A stretch of DNA of 64,000 bases from Camelus ferus (taxonomy: Eukaryota). The notes under the pieces were generated by a model, which saw nothing but the letters and a program-made list of their open reading frames with translations, was not told the DNA's origin and searched no databases. Position numbers and translations under genes: made by a program. Shown piece by piece: positions 39,121 to 50,790 of the stretch; positions within the stretch are counted from its first letter, which is position 1, and every line of letters begins with the position of its first letter. The stretch spans positions 20,214,001 to 20,278,000 of the forward strand of contig NC_045696.1 in NCBI RefSeq assembly GCF_009834535.1. The letters are read 5' to 3'.

Positions 39121-40326
39121 AAAAAGAATTCAGCAAGGTAGCAGGATACAAGATTAACATTCAGAAATCAGTTGCATTTCTTTACACTAACAATGAAATA
39201 TCAGAAAAGGAAAGTTCAAAAAAAATTCTCTTTTAAAATTGCATTAAAAATACCTAGGAATAAACCTGATACAGGGAGTGAAAGACTTAAATGAGGAGAA
39301 CTACAAAACACTGATTAAGGAAATTAAAGATGATTTAAAGAAATGGAAAGATATCCCATGCTCTTGGATTGGAATAATTAATATTGTTAAAATGGCCATA
39401 ATACCAAAAGCAATTTACAGATTTAAGGGGATTCCTATCAAATTACCCAGGACGTTTTTCACAGAACTAGAACAAATAATCTTAAAATTTATATGGAATC
39501 ACAAAAGACCCAGGATTGCCAAAACAATACTGAAGAGAAAGAATGAAGCTGGAGGAATAACCCTCCCAGACTTCAAACAACACTACAGAGCTACAATCAT
39601 CAAAACAGCATGGCACTGGCATTAAAAAGAGACATATGGATCAATGGAACAGAATAGAGAGCCCCAAAATAAACCCATAGACCTATGGTCAATTAATCTT
39701 TAACAAAGGAAGTAAGAATATACAATGGAGAAAAGACAGTCTCTTCAGCAAGTGGTGTTGGGAAAGTTGAAAAGCCACATGTAATCAGTGAAGTTAGAAC
39801 ACTCCCTCACACCACACACAAACACAAACTCAGAATGGCTTAAAGACTTAATATAAAATAAGATACTATAAACTGCCTAGAAGAAAACATAGGCAAACAT
39901 TCTTCCACATATATCTTAGCAATGTTCTCCTAGGGTAGTCTACACAGGCAATAGAAATGAAAACAAAAATTAAAAAAAAAATAGGACTTAATTAAACTTA
40001 TAAGCTTTTGCACAGCAAAGGAAATCATAAGCAAAACAAAAAGACAACCTACAGAATAGGAGAAAATATTTGCAAAGGTTTAATTTCCAGAATATATAAA
40101 CAGCTCATCCAACTTAATTTAAAAAAAAACCCCAATAACCCAAGCCAAAAAATAGGCAGAAAACCTAAATAAGCAAGTCTCCAAAGAAAACATACAAATG
40201 GTCATGTCATGGCACATGACAAAATGCTCAATACCACTAATTATCAGAGGAATGCAAATCAAAACTACAGTGAGGTATCACCACACACTAGTTACAAGGG
40301 CCATCATTCAAAAGTCCACAAATGAT
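39121..40326 (+). mobile_element. Young LINE-1 ORF2 fragment truncated at both ends
   Basis: ORF 39278..39625 ([16 protein letters not shown]...[10 protein letters not shown]...[10 protein letters not shown]). The fragment ends at the KSTND codons with no 3'UTR or poly-A. Confidence 0.93.
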
Positions 40327-40329
40327 GAC

Positions 40330-40410
40330 AAATAGATAGACTATTCTATTCTATTCTATTCTATGCATATATCTATATTCTATTCTATTTATTCTATGCA
40401 TGTATCTATA
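40330..40410. repeat. (CTATT)n-type simple repeat
   Basis: ctattctattctattctattctatgca repeated with variants. Confidence 0.85.
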
Positions 40411-43400
40411 GCATTATCATTTCTTCTCTTACTTTGGCCTGGAATTAATTTTAATGGTTTTTGCAATAAACAAGATGTTTATTGTTGGTAGGTCTGCATA
40501 TTGTTTCACACATTAAATAACTTAACAGAACCCATTCATTGTTATCTACAGTGATATAGTTCAATAACTTTCTGGAATCTCAATCTCTGAAGCTAAAATT
40601 TTGATTATGGCTACAGATTTTTTTTTCTTAAGTGAGTACTTTGTTATATAAAATTATTCAAACAGAAGTTGAATTTTGACTTTCCTTTTATTTCAATTAT
40701 TTTACTCTGGTAATTACTACTCTGGTTTTTATAACTTATGTCACTCTCAAAACATTGTGCATCTTCAGATTTGAATTGTTCTGTCTAATATGGTGAGAGG
40801 TGATCTAGAATTTCTCCTGCATTTTAGAATAGATAGTCTTGGAAATCCAAAGTTTCATAAAAATCTAAGAACAACACTCAAATCAGCTTCAAAGTTTTAT
40901 TAGTTTAGATGCCAGTTTTTCTGTCTTCAAGGAAGATTTTGCATATGTGTAATTGTGTCCAAAAATGTATCATAAATTAAAATCTGATAGCTTATTGCTA
41001 TATTGAAGTATCTTGTAATTCATTTCCCCAATTTTCCAGTGGGAAAGGTATAAATTGTATGCAAAGTAGAATAAGAAACTGATGTAAAATATCAATTTCC
41101 CCTTTAAAACAAAATGACATCCATTCTGAGATAAAGGGAATTATTCTTTAAAAACAATATCAAGCTAAAAAAATCAAAACCAGCATTTAACATAGGCCTC
41201 AAAAATTTAGTCTTTTTCTTCCCCATTCTGAAGTCCCTTTATAATTAGTGCCTCACCAACCACTTCTCTTTAAAGAGAAATAATATGTAGCAAGAGATAT
41301 TACAAATAATGTTTGGTAAGTCTCCTGCTTTCCATAACTCCATTCCATTTTAGAGATCAGCGAAACAGAAACACACATAGATAAATTGTGAAATAGAATC
41401 CAGTTTTTCTTATTTAGGATATAGACTAAAAGAATCCTAACTTTTTAGTGAGCTCTTCAAGTTTTTGAACTATAACTGTTATAACTTGAATTTAAAAGTT
41501 ACTAAAACATGACATAGATAATTTCTGCCACATTGTATGTTCCCAATTTTGTTGCTAACAGAATATAACTACTTTCGTATAAACACATTCCATGTCACTT
41601 ATTAATTACCTGATAATTTTATCGTATCTTTAAATACTCTCTTTTTCTTCATTATCTGCCTCATACTGCATTGTTGTAGGAGTGTGTGGATGTGTGTGTT
41701 TTAACATTTTCCTTCTTTTCCATCTCTTTCAAGTATCAGTGAATATTTTGGGCAGATAGTTTTCAAGTTAAACTATTTATTTATTACCCTTTTATCCTTT
41801 ATGTTCATCTCCTCAATCACTTGTGATAGTCTTCACTTTCCCAAGTGCACTTCGGTAAGTAAATCATCAATCTGAGAACAAGACTGGGGTACTTAGCTTT
41901 AGTGCCTGGGATAACGCTGATCATCTGTCTCAGCTCAGGTTATTCTTCTCTAATTTCATACTTTCATCAGAAGCTGTCAAACTCAAGAGAAGATCCCGTG
42001 CAGAGTCAGAAATCACCACCAAAATCAATAATACAGTGGGCGGGTGGACACATCTGTCAAATGACCAACTCCAAAATGGGAGTATTAAAGGAAGGCTGAG
42101 GTGTGTTTTTCTAATACATTGCTTCAAAATGTTGGAAGTTTTCTTTTTCCTTAAATGGGATTGTATTTTATTTCTTTAAAAACTATGTGAGAGTCTTGGA
42201 CCATCTAAGACTATAGGATCTTAAATATTGTGAACTGTATGTTAAAAAAGATAAATCATATTCTTTTTTAAGTTAGGGGAAATAAAAGAAAAAAACATTG
42301 TTTATGTATGCTTGATGACAACCATCCTTATACATATGGGTAGCACTTGCTATGTATTATACTTTGGATTGAAAAGTAATGAAAAAGTGAGGATAATCAT
42401 TATGTTAATGAAATGTCAATGAAACATGATTGCTTTTCCCACTTGTCATGAAAATAGTCTTGCTTCATCTATTAGATTTTATCAGAAGTCAGAAAAAATA
42501 GTCAATGTTATGCAAATTATTTTAACTACCATATTATAAATTACACTCATGCCTCAAGAGCTAGTTAACCAAATTCTACACCATTTATGGAAGTTACAAT
42601 GTAAAATTATGTCTAAAAATATTTTCTAATATTGTTCTGTGGCCTAATATACCTACTAGATTTGTGTTTCTGAAAATTATACTAGCATCCAAAACAAAAT
42701 CTAACAAATATTTATGGAGACCCCAAAGCTCACTAGATCCAGGATCACCTCTATTATAATCACTACTGCCAGGTAGAACACGTGGGAAGATGGCAGCTTG
42801 ACTTGGGTAGGGTTCCTTCTGCTCCCAGTGCTAACATACAAGCTTGCCTCTCTATAATTAAGCAGAAGTGGAAACAGTTTAAGCATGCGGGTTCAAATGA
42901 GATTTCTGGAATTATAATATACTAACAGAGAACACTATTACATAATTTTACCCTTTAGAATAAGATCACATGAGATTGTGCCTGGTCATTTCCTTCAGCA
43001 AGGATTTGAAGATGGTCTGACTAGTTAGGCTAAATCTTTCCTGCTCTTGAAGTTGGGAGAACATGACCATCATGAGCTATTGTGTAGCTTCCTTTTGCAT
43101 TTTTATCAGGATGCTAGACATGACTACTGAACTCTTATTGATCCATATGCAGATTTTATGCTACCACTTCTAGGAATGGCAATACTGAAGGTACATTTCA
43201 TTTAGTTGTGGTCAACATGAATTAGACAAAATGGAATAACTCTCCATCACAAGTGCCAAGAAAAAAGAAAAGAAGAGCAAACAGAAGATGGAGCTTCTGG
43301 AGAAAACTGCAAGAAAAATTTCCAAAAGTCTTTGAAATGAACCCAATTATCAGTGTTTCTGCCTTTCATTATCCCTTATACAAATGTACATATCTGTAAG

Positions 43401-43489
43401 TTGTACATAACCAATATCAATGTAAATGATAATAGTCTACAGACATATAATTTTTATTGGACTTAGTCACTGTTGAAAGCAAAATGGCT

Positions 43490-43901
43490 CAAAACACCAT
43501 GAGAACAATAAAAAAAATCAATAAAACAAAAGGATGTTCAAAAAAAAATTAAACTGGGAAAGCACTAGCAAAACTAATAAAGGTAAAATGACAGGAGACC
43601 CAAACCATCAATATCAGGAATGAAACAGGATTTTGCTACAGATCCTGCAGTCTTTAAAAAATAATAATAACACTACAAACAATTTTATGTTCAAAAATTC
43701 AACAACCCTGAAGAAATTAAGCCAGCTTCTTAAAGGCCATGAAATACCAAAACTCATCCATGATAAAATAGATAATGTGAATAGATTATAACCATCAAAT
43801 CAATTAAATTTGTCTTTAAAAAGATCACAAAAAAAGAAATCTATAGGAATAGATTGTTTTATTGGATAATTCTGCTAGACATGTAATGAAAAATTAACAC
43901 C
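43490..43901 (+). mobile_element. Ancient L1 ORF2 fragment
   Basis: aaaatcaataaaacaaaag...caatatcaggaatgaaacagg...ctacagatcctgcag...aaattaacacc. Confidence 0.75.
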
Positions 43902-44312
43902 GAAATTGCAGAGATGAAAGATTCAAATGCCTGCTAATAAAGCAAGTTGTCTTCCCTCAAAGACCAACTGAGTCTTCAAAGAAGACGCCAGAGAGGTAAG
44001 GAGAAAAGGCTGTGAGGGGTTAACATCAGGAAGAGTTATGTCCTTTACACTTGGGCAGACTGTGTATGGTACTCAACATCAAATTGTCCTCCAGTATGGG
44101 ATACTGACATCGCTCCACTCCACTCTCCACCTCTGTCTGCCCAAGTTCTGAACATTGTTTAACTTAGATCTTGTGCTGAACACAGGATATGTGATGGGCC
44201 TGATGGATGGCAAAAACTTGCTCCATGACCAGTCAAGGTGAAACTGAACAGAACTATAGTGGTGAATGTTCTGATGAGACTGAAAAACAGTGGACGTACT
44301 AACAATGACACG

Positions 44313-44400
44313 CATTCACTTATTCAGCAAAAATGTATGAAGTGTCTAGTATATGTCAAGCACTATGCTCAGGCCTGGAGATACAAAGATTGACTCCTCT
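44313..44400 (-). mobile_element. L2 3' end fragment
   Basis: cattcacttattcagcaaa...tatgtcaagcactatgctcaggcctggagatacaaagat. Confidence 0.6.
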
Positions 44401-45127
44401 AAATTCAACAGAGCAGAGAAACTGGATCAAGAGCAATCGCAGCAGAAGCACAGAAATGTGACACAGCACTGTTCTGAAAGAAAAAGACGAACCATCCCTG
44501 AGTGAAGAGGCAGTTATAAAACTGTTCTGCAGTTTTGTGTGTTAGAGAATAAATCTCCCAAAGGCACATCTTTGACAAAATCTCTTCCAATCTTTTATTA
44601 TCTTTTTTTTCTGGAACACCAGTAGGTAGAATTATAGAAATAAGGTTAATAAAATCTATGATTTTAAAACACTGAATTTTAAACATTTCTAGAGAGACAG
44701 CTACCAAGCATTTTCTACATACTCTTTAAAAGCTCATTTTGATAAGCCAAAATATTCAGCAAATAAAAATGAAAGATAAAAACATTATTTAGGAAGGCAT
44801 TCTGACTTGCCACTTTCGGGTAAGAGATTTAATATAAGTCTATAGTGAGTAGAGAATGACATTTTCAGTGAGCTTTATGTTCTTTGGATTTTATGGTATA
44901 TGTGATATGGAATATAGATTGAATATATTTCATTTTCAGTTGTACAGTTTTGAATCTTTGTGGTTGGTCTTAAGCATGTGTGTGTGTGTACATTTGCTGC
45001 TTTAATACAGAGTGCACAAAAAGTAAACCATACAAGTGTAGCTGAATGAAAGGATTTCAATCTAAAACAAAATTGCATTTTACTCATGCATGCGCTCTCA
45101 GAAGAATGGAACTTAAGAACTGAGACT

Positions 45128-46131
45128 TACATTTCTCTGATAATTAGTGATATTGAGCATTTTTTCATGTGCCCATTGGCCATTTGTATGTCTTCATTGG
45201 AGAATTGCTTAAGTCTTCTGCCCATTCTTGGATTGGGTTGTTTCTTTTTTTATTATTAAGTTGTATGAGCTGTTTATATATTCTGGAAAGTAAGCCCTTG
45301 TCAGTTTCATCTTTTGCAAATATTTTCTCCCATTCCATGGGTTGTCTTTGTTTTGCTTATGGTTTCTTTTGCTGTGCAAAAGCTTAATGAGGTATCACCT
45401 CACATCAGTCAGAATGGCCATCATTCAAAAGTCCACAAACGATAAATGCTGGAGAGGGTATGGAGAAAAGGGAACTCTCCTACACTGTTGGTGGGAATGT
45501 AGTTTGGTGCAGCCGTTACAGAAAACAGTATGGAGATTTCCCAAAAGACTAAAAACAGACTTACCATATGATCCTGCAGTCCCACTCCTGAGCATATATT
45601 TGGAGGGAACCTTAATTCAAAAAGATACATGCACTCCAGTGTTCACAGCAGCACTATTTACAATAGCCAAGACATGGAAACAACCTAAATGTCCATCGAC
45701 AGATGACTGGATAAAGGAGTTGTGGTATATTTATACAATGGATATTACTTAGCCATAAAAAATAATAAAATAATGCCATTTGCAGCAACATGGATGGATC
45801 TGGAGATTGTCATTGTAAGTGAAGTAAGCCAGAAAGAGAAAGAAAAACACCATATGATACTCATATGTGGAATCTTAAAAAAAAAGACAAACAAACTTAT
45901 TAAGACTTGCAGATACTAACTAATATATATAAAATAGCTGTGTGTATAGCACAGCTACAGCACAGGGAACTATATTCAATATCTTGCAGTTACTCATGGT
46001 GAAAAAGAATATGAAAATGAATACGTGTATGTTCATGTATGACTGAAGCATTATGCTGTACATCAGAAATTGACACAACATTGTAAACTGACTATACTTC
46101 AATAAAAATATATATACCAAAAAAACCCCCC
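45128..46131 (+). mobile_element. Young 5'-inverted (twin-primed) LINE-1
   Basis: Antisense ORF2 at 45128-45385, then sense ORF2 end, 3'UTR and tail at 45386-46131. The segments abut in L1 coordinates with ~11 nt missing. Degenerate TSD aagaactgagact / aaaaactagact. Confidence 0.92.
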
Positions 46132-46143
46132 AAAAACTAGACT

Positions 46144-46338
46144 GATTTCCATTAAACACTTGATGTATAGAAGTCTGAGACTTATTATGTGACCAGTGAA
46201 CATCTAGTCTTCCCCAGACATTCACCAGATTCGCCTGTAGCTGGCTACAGCATGCACTTCCTGAATTGCAATCCTTCCGCTATTCGTCAATAAACTCAAT
46301 TTCTGGTAATTTGAACTTGCCTCAGTTTACCTCTGACA
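46144..46338 (+). mobile_element. 3' part of an ERV1-type LTR that probably hosted the L1
   Basis: cttcctgaattgcaatcc...AATAAActcaatttc...tttacctctgaca terminus. Confidence 0.6.
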
Positions 46339-46999
46339 ATTGTAAGTATACATTTTTATTAGATGAATTTTAAATAATTACAGAAAAATGTCTTTAAAAG
46401 CCTTTCTGTTTAGTTTTCCATATGGTACCTTACAGTATGTAGCAAATTATTATATACAAAGTCCAGTGCAACTCTGATTTTCTTAGTTCTTTCTTTTCAG
46501 CATCTTTAGTCTGTTTGAATTTATTTCTCTGCTATGTTAGAAATCTTTGAGATTGGATCATTTATCTATTGCATTAACAACATCCAAGAAAGTAATATTC
46601 CTCATTGTATTGGACTTTCAATTAAGCCAAGTAGTGTAAGGTCAATTCAATATTGTAATTGGGAAAAGATTGTTTTATTGTTGGCTGCTTTTGGCATACC
46701 GCCCATGGGCTATGCACCAGGTTAATAAAAGTATTCAGTGTTTGGTGTCCCTGATATTTCATATCTTTGCTGCTCCCAAACCAGGGCCAGCATGTTCTCT
46801 TTAAGGTTTGCAATTCATTTTTCCCCCTGAGTCAAATCTCAAATTGATGTGACTTGACTGTGATTAGTAAATTGATAGAATTGACATTCATCAAGTAGAT
46901 TGTTTTAGGCATATTCATAAAATACTTATTATATTTATAAAAAGAGACAGAATCACTTTAATTTTGTTTCTGGTAGAAGAAAAGGAAATGCAAGTTGCT

Positions 47000-47218
47000 G
47001 CTTTTCAACAAACTACAGCTAGCTCATGGGTCAAATCTGGCCTGCTGCCTGTTTTTGTGTATAACATTTTAATTCACAGCCACACCCCTTCATTTGCAGA
47101 TTATCTTTGGCTGTTTCAAAGGTCAGAGCAAAATAATCATGCTTACAGCCCCATGGCCTACAAAGCCAACATTTATTTACTGTTTGGCCATTTACAGAAA
47201 AAAGTTTGCTGACTCCTG
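47000..47218 (+). mobile_element. hAT-Charlie MITE (MER58A-like)
   Basis: caaactacagc...gggtcaaatctggcctgctgcctgtttttgt...tggccatttacagaaaaaagtttgctgactcctg. Confidence 0.85.
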
Positions 47219-47269
47219 ATATGAGAACTAATAAGTTTGAATTTTAGTTGTTGTATTGAAACTTTCATT

Positions 47270-47525
47270 AACAATAATAAAAATAATAACTAAAACCTGT
47301 AGTACAGGGCAGATATTATTCTAATCATTTACACCTATTAAATTATTTAATATCCACAACTAATATTTAAGAACTATAGGTTATCCCAATGTTAAATACG
47401 ACAGGCCTGAAGCAGACAGAGGTTAATTAACTTGTCTATGGACACACAACTAACTAGTAAGGGGCAGTGCAGGGTTTGAAACCATAAGATCTAGGTGCAC
47501 TGACTAAACTTTAATCACTATGCTA
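47270..47525 (-). mobile_element. MIR SINE
   Basis: Core agaggttaattaacttgtctatggacacacaactaactagtaaggggcagtgcagggtttgaaacc. Confidence 0.75.
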
Positions 47526-48013
47526 TTCGCATGACTGTCAGATGAGATTACTGTTTAAGCTTTGTTTTTTTCTTGAGTTCATTGTCATTCTGATCTTATA
47601 AATTTTATACTACATTCTATATTTTAACTTGGAAAACCACACTGTATCAAGAGTAATTATTTCTTTGATATTATATATGTACTAGTAAAGGAAATCTATA
47701 AAAAAAAAAACCAATGTATTTAAGATTCATCTGATTTCCTATTATTCTAAATATGAGGAAACTAGTCTGGGACTTTTTCTCAGCAAAAATGCTATAACAA
47801 TTGTGAACACTATAACTCTGTAGCAGTTTCCAGTATTTTATTGTATCAGTTTATTTGTACTTTGTAAGTCCTTGAAAATTTAACCACTAGCCAGAACATT
47901 TGCTCATCTAGAACACTTCGTTTGCAACCTCTCCAATGAGTGTTTTTCCTCCCTTTATATAAGAAATGGGACCATTTGATGAGGACAAAAAATAAATAAG
48001 TCACATCAGGTCT

Positions 48014-48480
48014 TGTAACAGACAACAGTTACCTACCCAAATCATTTTCGATCCCTTTTATCAACTCTTTGTACTCATCTCTGAGGTCCTGTAAATTTGG
48101 CTGCTCAGGATTGGCGCCTGTGACCTTGAGAGATGTGGCCTTTGGCACTGGAACCCTCTCATCTCTATGCAGAGCCACATACATTAGCTAGTTTTATGTA
48201 CACAAGCCCACAGCCTGTAATCAACAACTGATTAGTGTGGGGTTGTAAAATCCAGTTCTTTGACTCAAAGAGGGACAAATAGGTATGATTTATATTCCAG
48301 ACCTCCCTGCAGAATCAGAGGGAGTGTGAGACCACCCCTACCTACCCACTCTAGCTTGGCATCTTACTATCTTCTGTCTTGTTTCCTGCATACACTTACT
48401 GGTTTCTCCTGAGGGCACCTCCTTAATCCATCACTTTTACCTGAATCTATGGCTCAGGTTTGCTGCTGATAGAATCCTCC
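48014..48480 (+). mobile_element. Ancient ERVL LTR (LTR16-like)
   Basis: cttactggtttctcctgagggcacctccttaatccatcactt...ggctcaggtttgctgctgatagaatc. Confidence 0.65.
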
Positions 48481-50094
48481 TGGCATATGGTAGACGGGAA
48501 CCAAGATAACAATCAAGAAAAACCAGGATGCACTCCAGGCTGATAATTACAGATAAACAAATGTTTAAACAAAGGGGAAAAGGCCATAAAACATCAAGAG
48601 CAGCAACAAAAACTGTAAGCAAAAAATCTGGCACTTTTATTTCTATGATCCTCCAGTTTATCACAGCGACTGAAGAAACAGAAAGAGGAGAAAGGCCATG
48701 AAGAAGAAATCTTTCCTCAGTCTACATGTTCTTTTCGTTTTTGTCTTCCTCATTCTTTTCTACATGAAGGCTGCTTTGGCCTAGCTTAACCTGGAGTTTA
48801 TGCATATGTGTGTTTGTGCATATGTGTGTTTCTGTTTGTCTGCAGTTATACAAATATATATGTACACGTGCGTGTACGTATGTGTGTGTTATCTACATGA
48901 AACAGTCATTCACACATGTTTATTTTTCCCTTTTGGTAAAAAGAGGCAATTAAGGAAGGGAAGAGAAAAATGTAACGTTTTCGTGGTCTTCATTTTCCAG
49001 GATTCTCAAATTAAACTTACAGTCTTAGCAGAACTATTACATTTAATACTTAATGGTTCTTGGAAAATTGAAATAGATTTTCTTTTCTTTGTATTAATTC
49101 TAATATGTTGTTCAAGGTATAGTTTTGTAATAACCTTGATTTCACAATTTGTTTTTAATTATAAATCTGAATATGTTAAAGCACTAAAGAAATTCAGGAG
49201 CTTCAGCAGATACGTGACTCAAGAGTGAGTTTTCTTAGAATCGTTTATAAGCAGGGGAAGTCAGTGCATTACACGCTGAGTGGAAGGAGCATTTCCCCTC
49301 GTATATTACACAGAATGATGGTCTTCCCATTGGGACAGCTACACCACATAAAAACAAAAAGCCACATCTTTATGGTCCAAGTGTCCCATTTCCTAAAGTT
49401 GATCTGCGTCAGAAAAGATCTATGACCCAGTGGTATTCCCTTTCTCAAGTGTCCTTCACAAGGGGCTTTCCTGACTTTCCAAGGACTATCACATTTTACT
49501 CCGCTTATATTGCATTTTTATGCCCTGTGGTGCAAAATCATGGGCAAGGTGCTAATTCCTGTCAATAACTATTTACAAGGAAGGATTCAATGAATCAAAT
49601 GCCTAGTAACAAAGCACTTTTCAATTTAGGTTATTCTCAAATCATCATTTTAACAAAATTGAAGAACTTAATTTAGTTATCTACTTCCAGATATTTAAAC
49701 AGTTTTATGATAAATCAGAGTAAGATTTGGATATAATTTAGAAAAATTTGAAGGAAGTAAGTTATATTGTTATTTAAAAAAAGGTTATTCTATTCCCTTC
49801 TACTTATTTATGGAGACAACTTTGTTAAGAAAAAAGGGGACTGTTCTAGAATTAATACTAGAAACATCTCTCATTCTGATAATAAATAACCTGTGTCCAT
49901 GGATACGTGGGCTGACTGGAAAAACCAAAGCTTTTCTCGTACCATTAAAAGCTGTATTTTCAATAAAATATTTTCTTTTAAGATTTAATAAAGATAAAAA
50001 CTTATAAAATATTCATTTAGCTTTGATCAGTTGTGTGCTTGCACATTAAATTTTTAACACCCAAAGGACTCTGCAGCTTCTTGCCAAGATGGAG

Positions 50095-50390
50095 TTACAC
50101 ATGTAGGTCTATTTCTACGTCCTCTATTCTGTTCCATCATCTTTTAACTAATACTACTTTGATTTATGTGGCTTTACAGTAAGTCTTGAAATACAACAGT
50201 GTGAATGCCTCAATTATTTTTCTTTTTTCAGAATTATCTGGGCTATTTTGGTTCACCTTTCCTAACCAACTTTGGAATTCAGATAGTAGTTTCCTACAAA
50301 CATTTTGCTGGAGATTTCAATTGGTTTGTATTTATTCCATAGATTATGAAAAACTGACATCTTTACTTTGTTGAGTCTTCAACTTCGCAA
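50095..50390 (-). mobile_element. Ancient L1 ORF2 fragment
   Basis: ctctattctgttccat...gctttacagtaagtcttgaaat...aactgacatctttactttgttgagtcttc. Confidence 0.7.
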
Positions 50391-50399
50391 TCATACTAC

Positions 50400-50790
50400 A
50401 TGCTGAAAATACAAACTAGGATGTCTGCCATTTCCTCCTCCAGTTCTATTTTTCCCCCTCTCTATCCTGCTTGGTAATCCAGGACGCTGACCTCTGTGGA
50501 CTGTATCAAAGCCTTCCTTATCCTCTGGATTCCAGTGGCTTGGACCAACTACAGGAGACCAAACAACAGAAAATGAGGGAGGGTGAGTTTCTTTACCCAA
50601 AGGCACAGCCCCTGTCGTGCAGTCTTCTACAATACGTACTCTTGCTGGGTTTTCTCCTTCAGGCTTACCACTGGCAACACTAACTACTATTCTTCACTGA
50701 TTACTTTTAAGTCTGCCAGAGCCTTTGAAATTGGCCCTCAATTAAATTTTCTTACATTATGTCTTTGGAATGTGCCATTACTTTACTGCC
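50400..50790 (+). mobile_element. Ancient ERVL LTR (LTR33/LTR41-like)
   Basis: gctgacctctgtggactgtatc...cctctggattccagtggcttggaccaa...attaaattttctt...ttggaatgtgccat. Confidence 0.6.

Noticed and set aside
48800..49228. 142-aa ORF
   Set aside because: Its N-terminus is translated (TG/TA)n low-complexity sequence, and its composition is typical of chance AT-rich ORFs.
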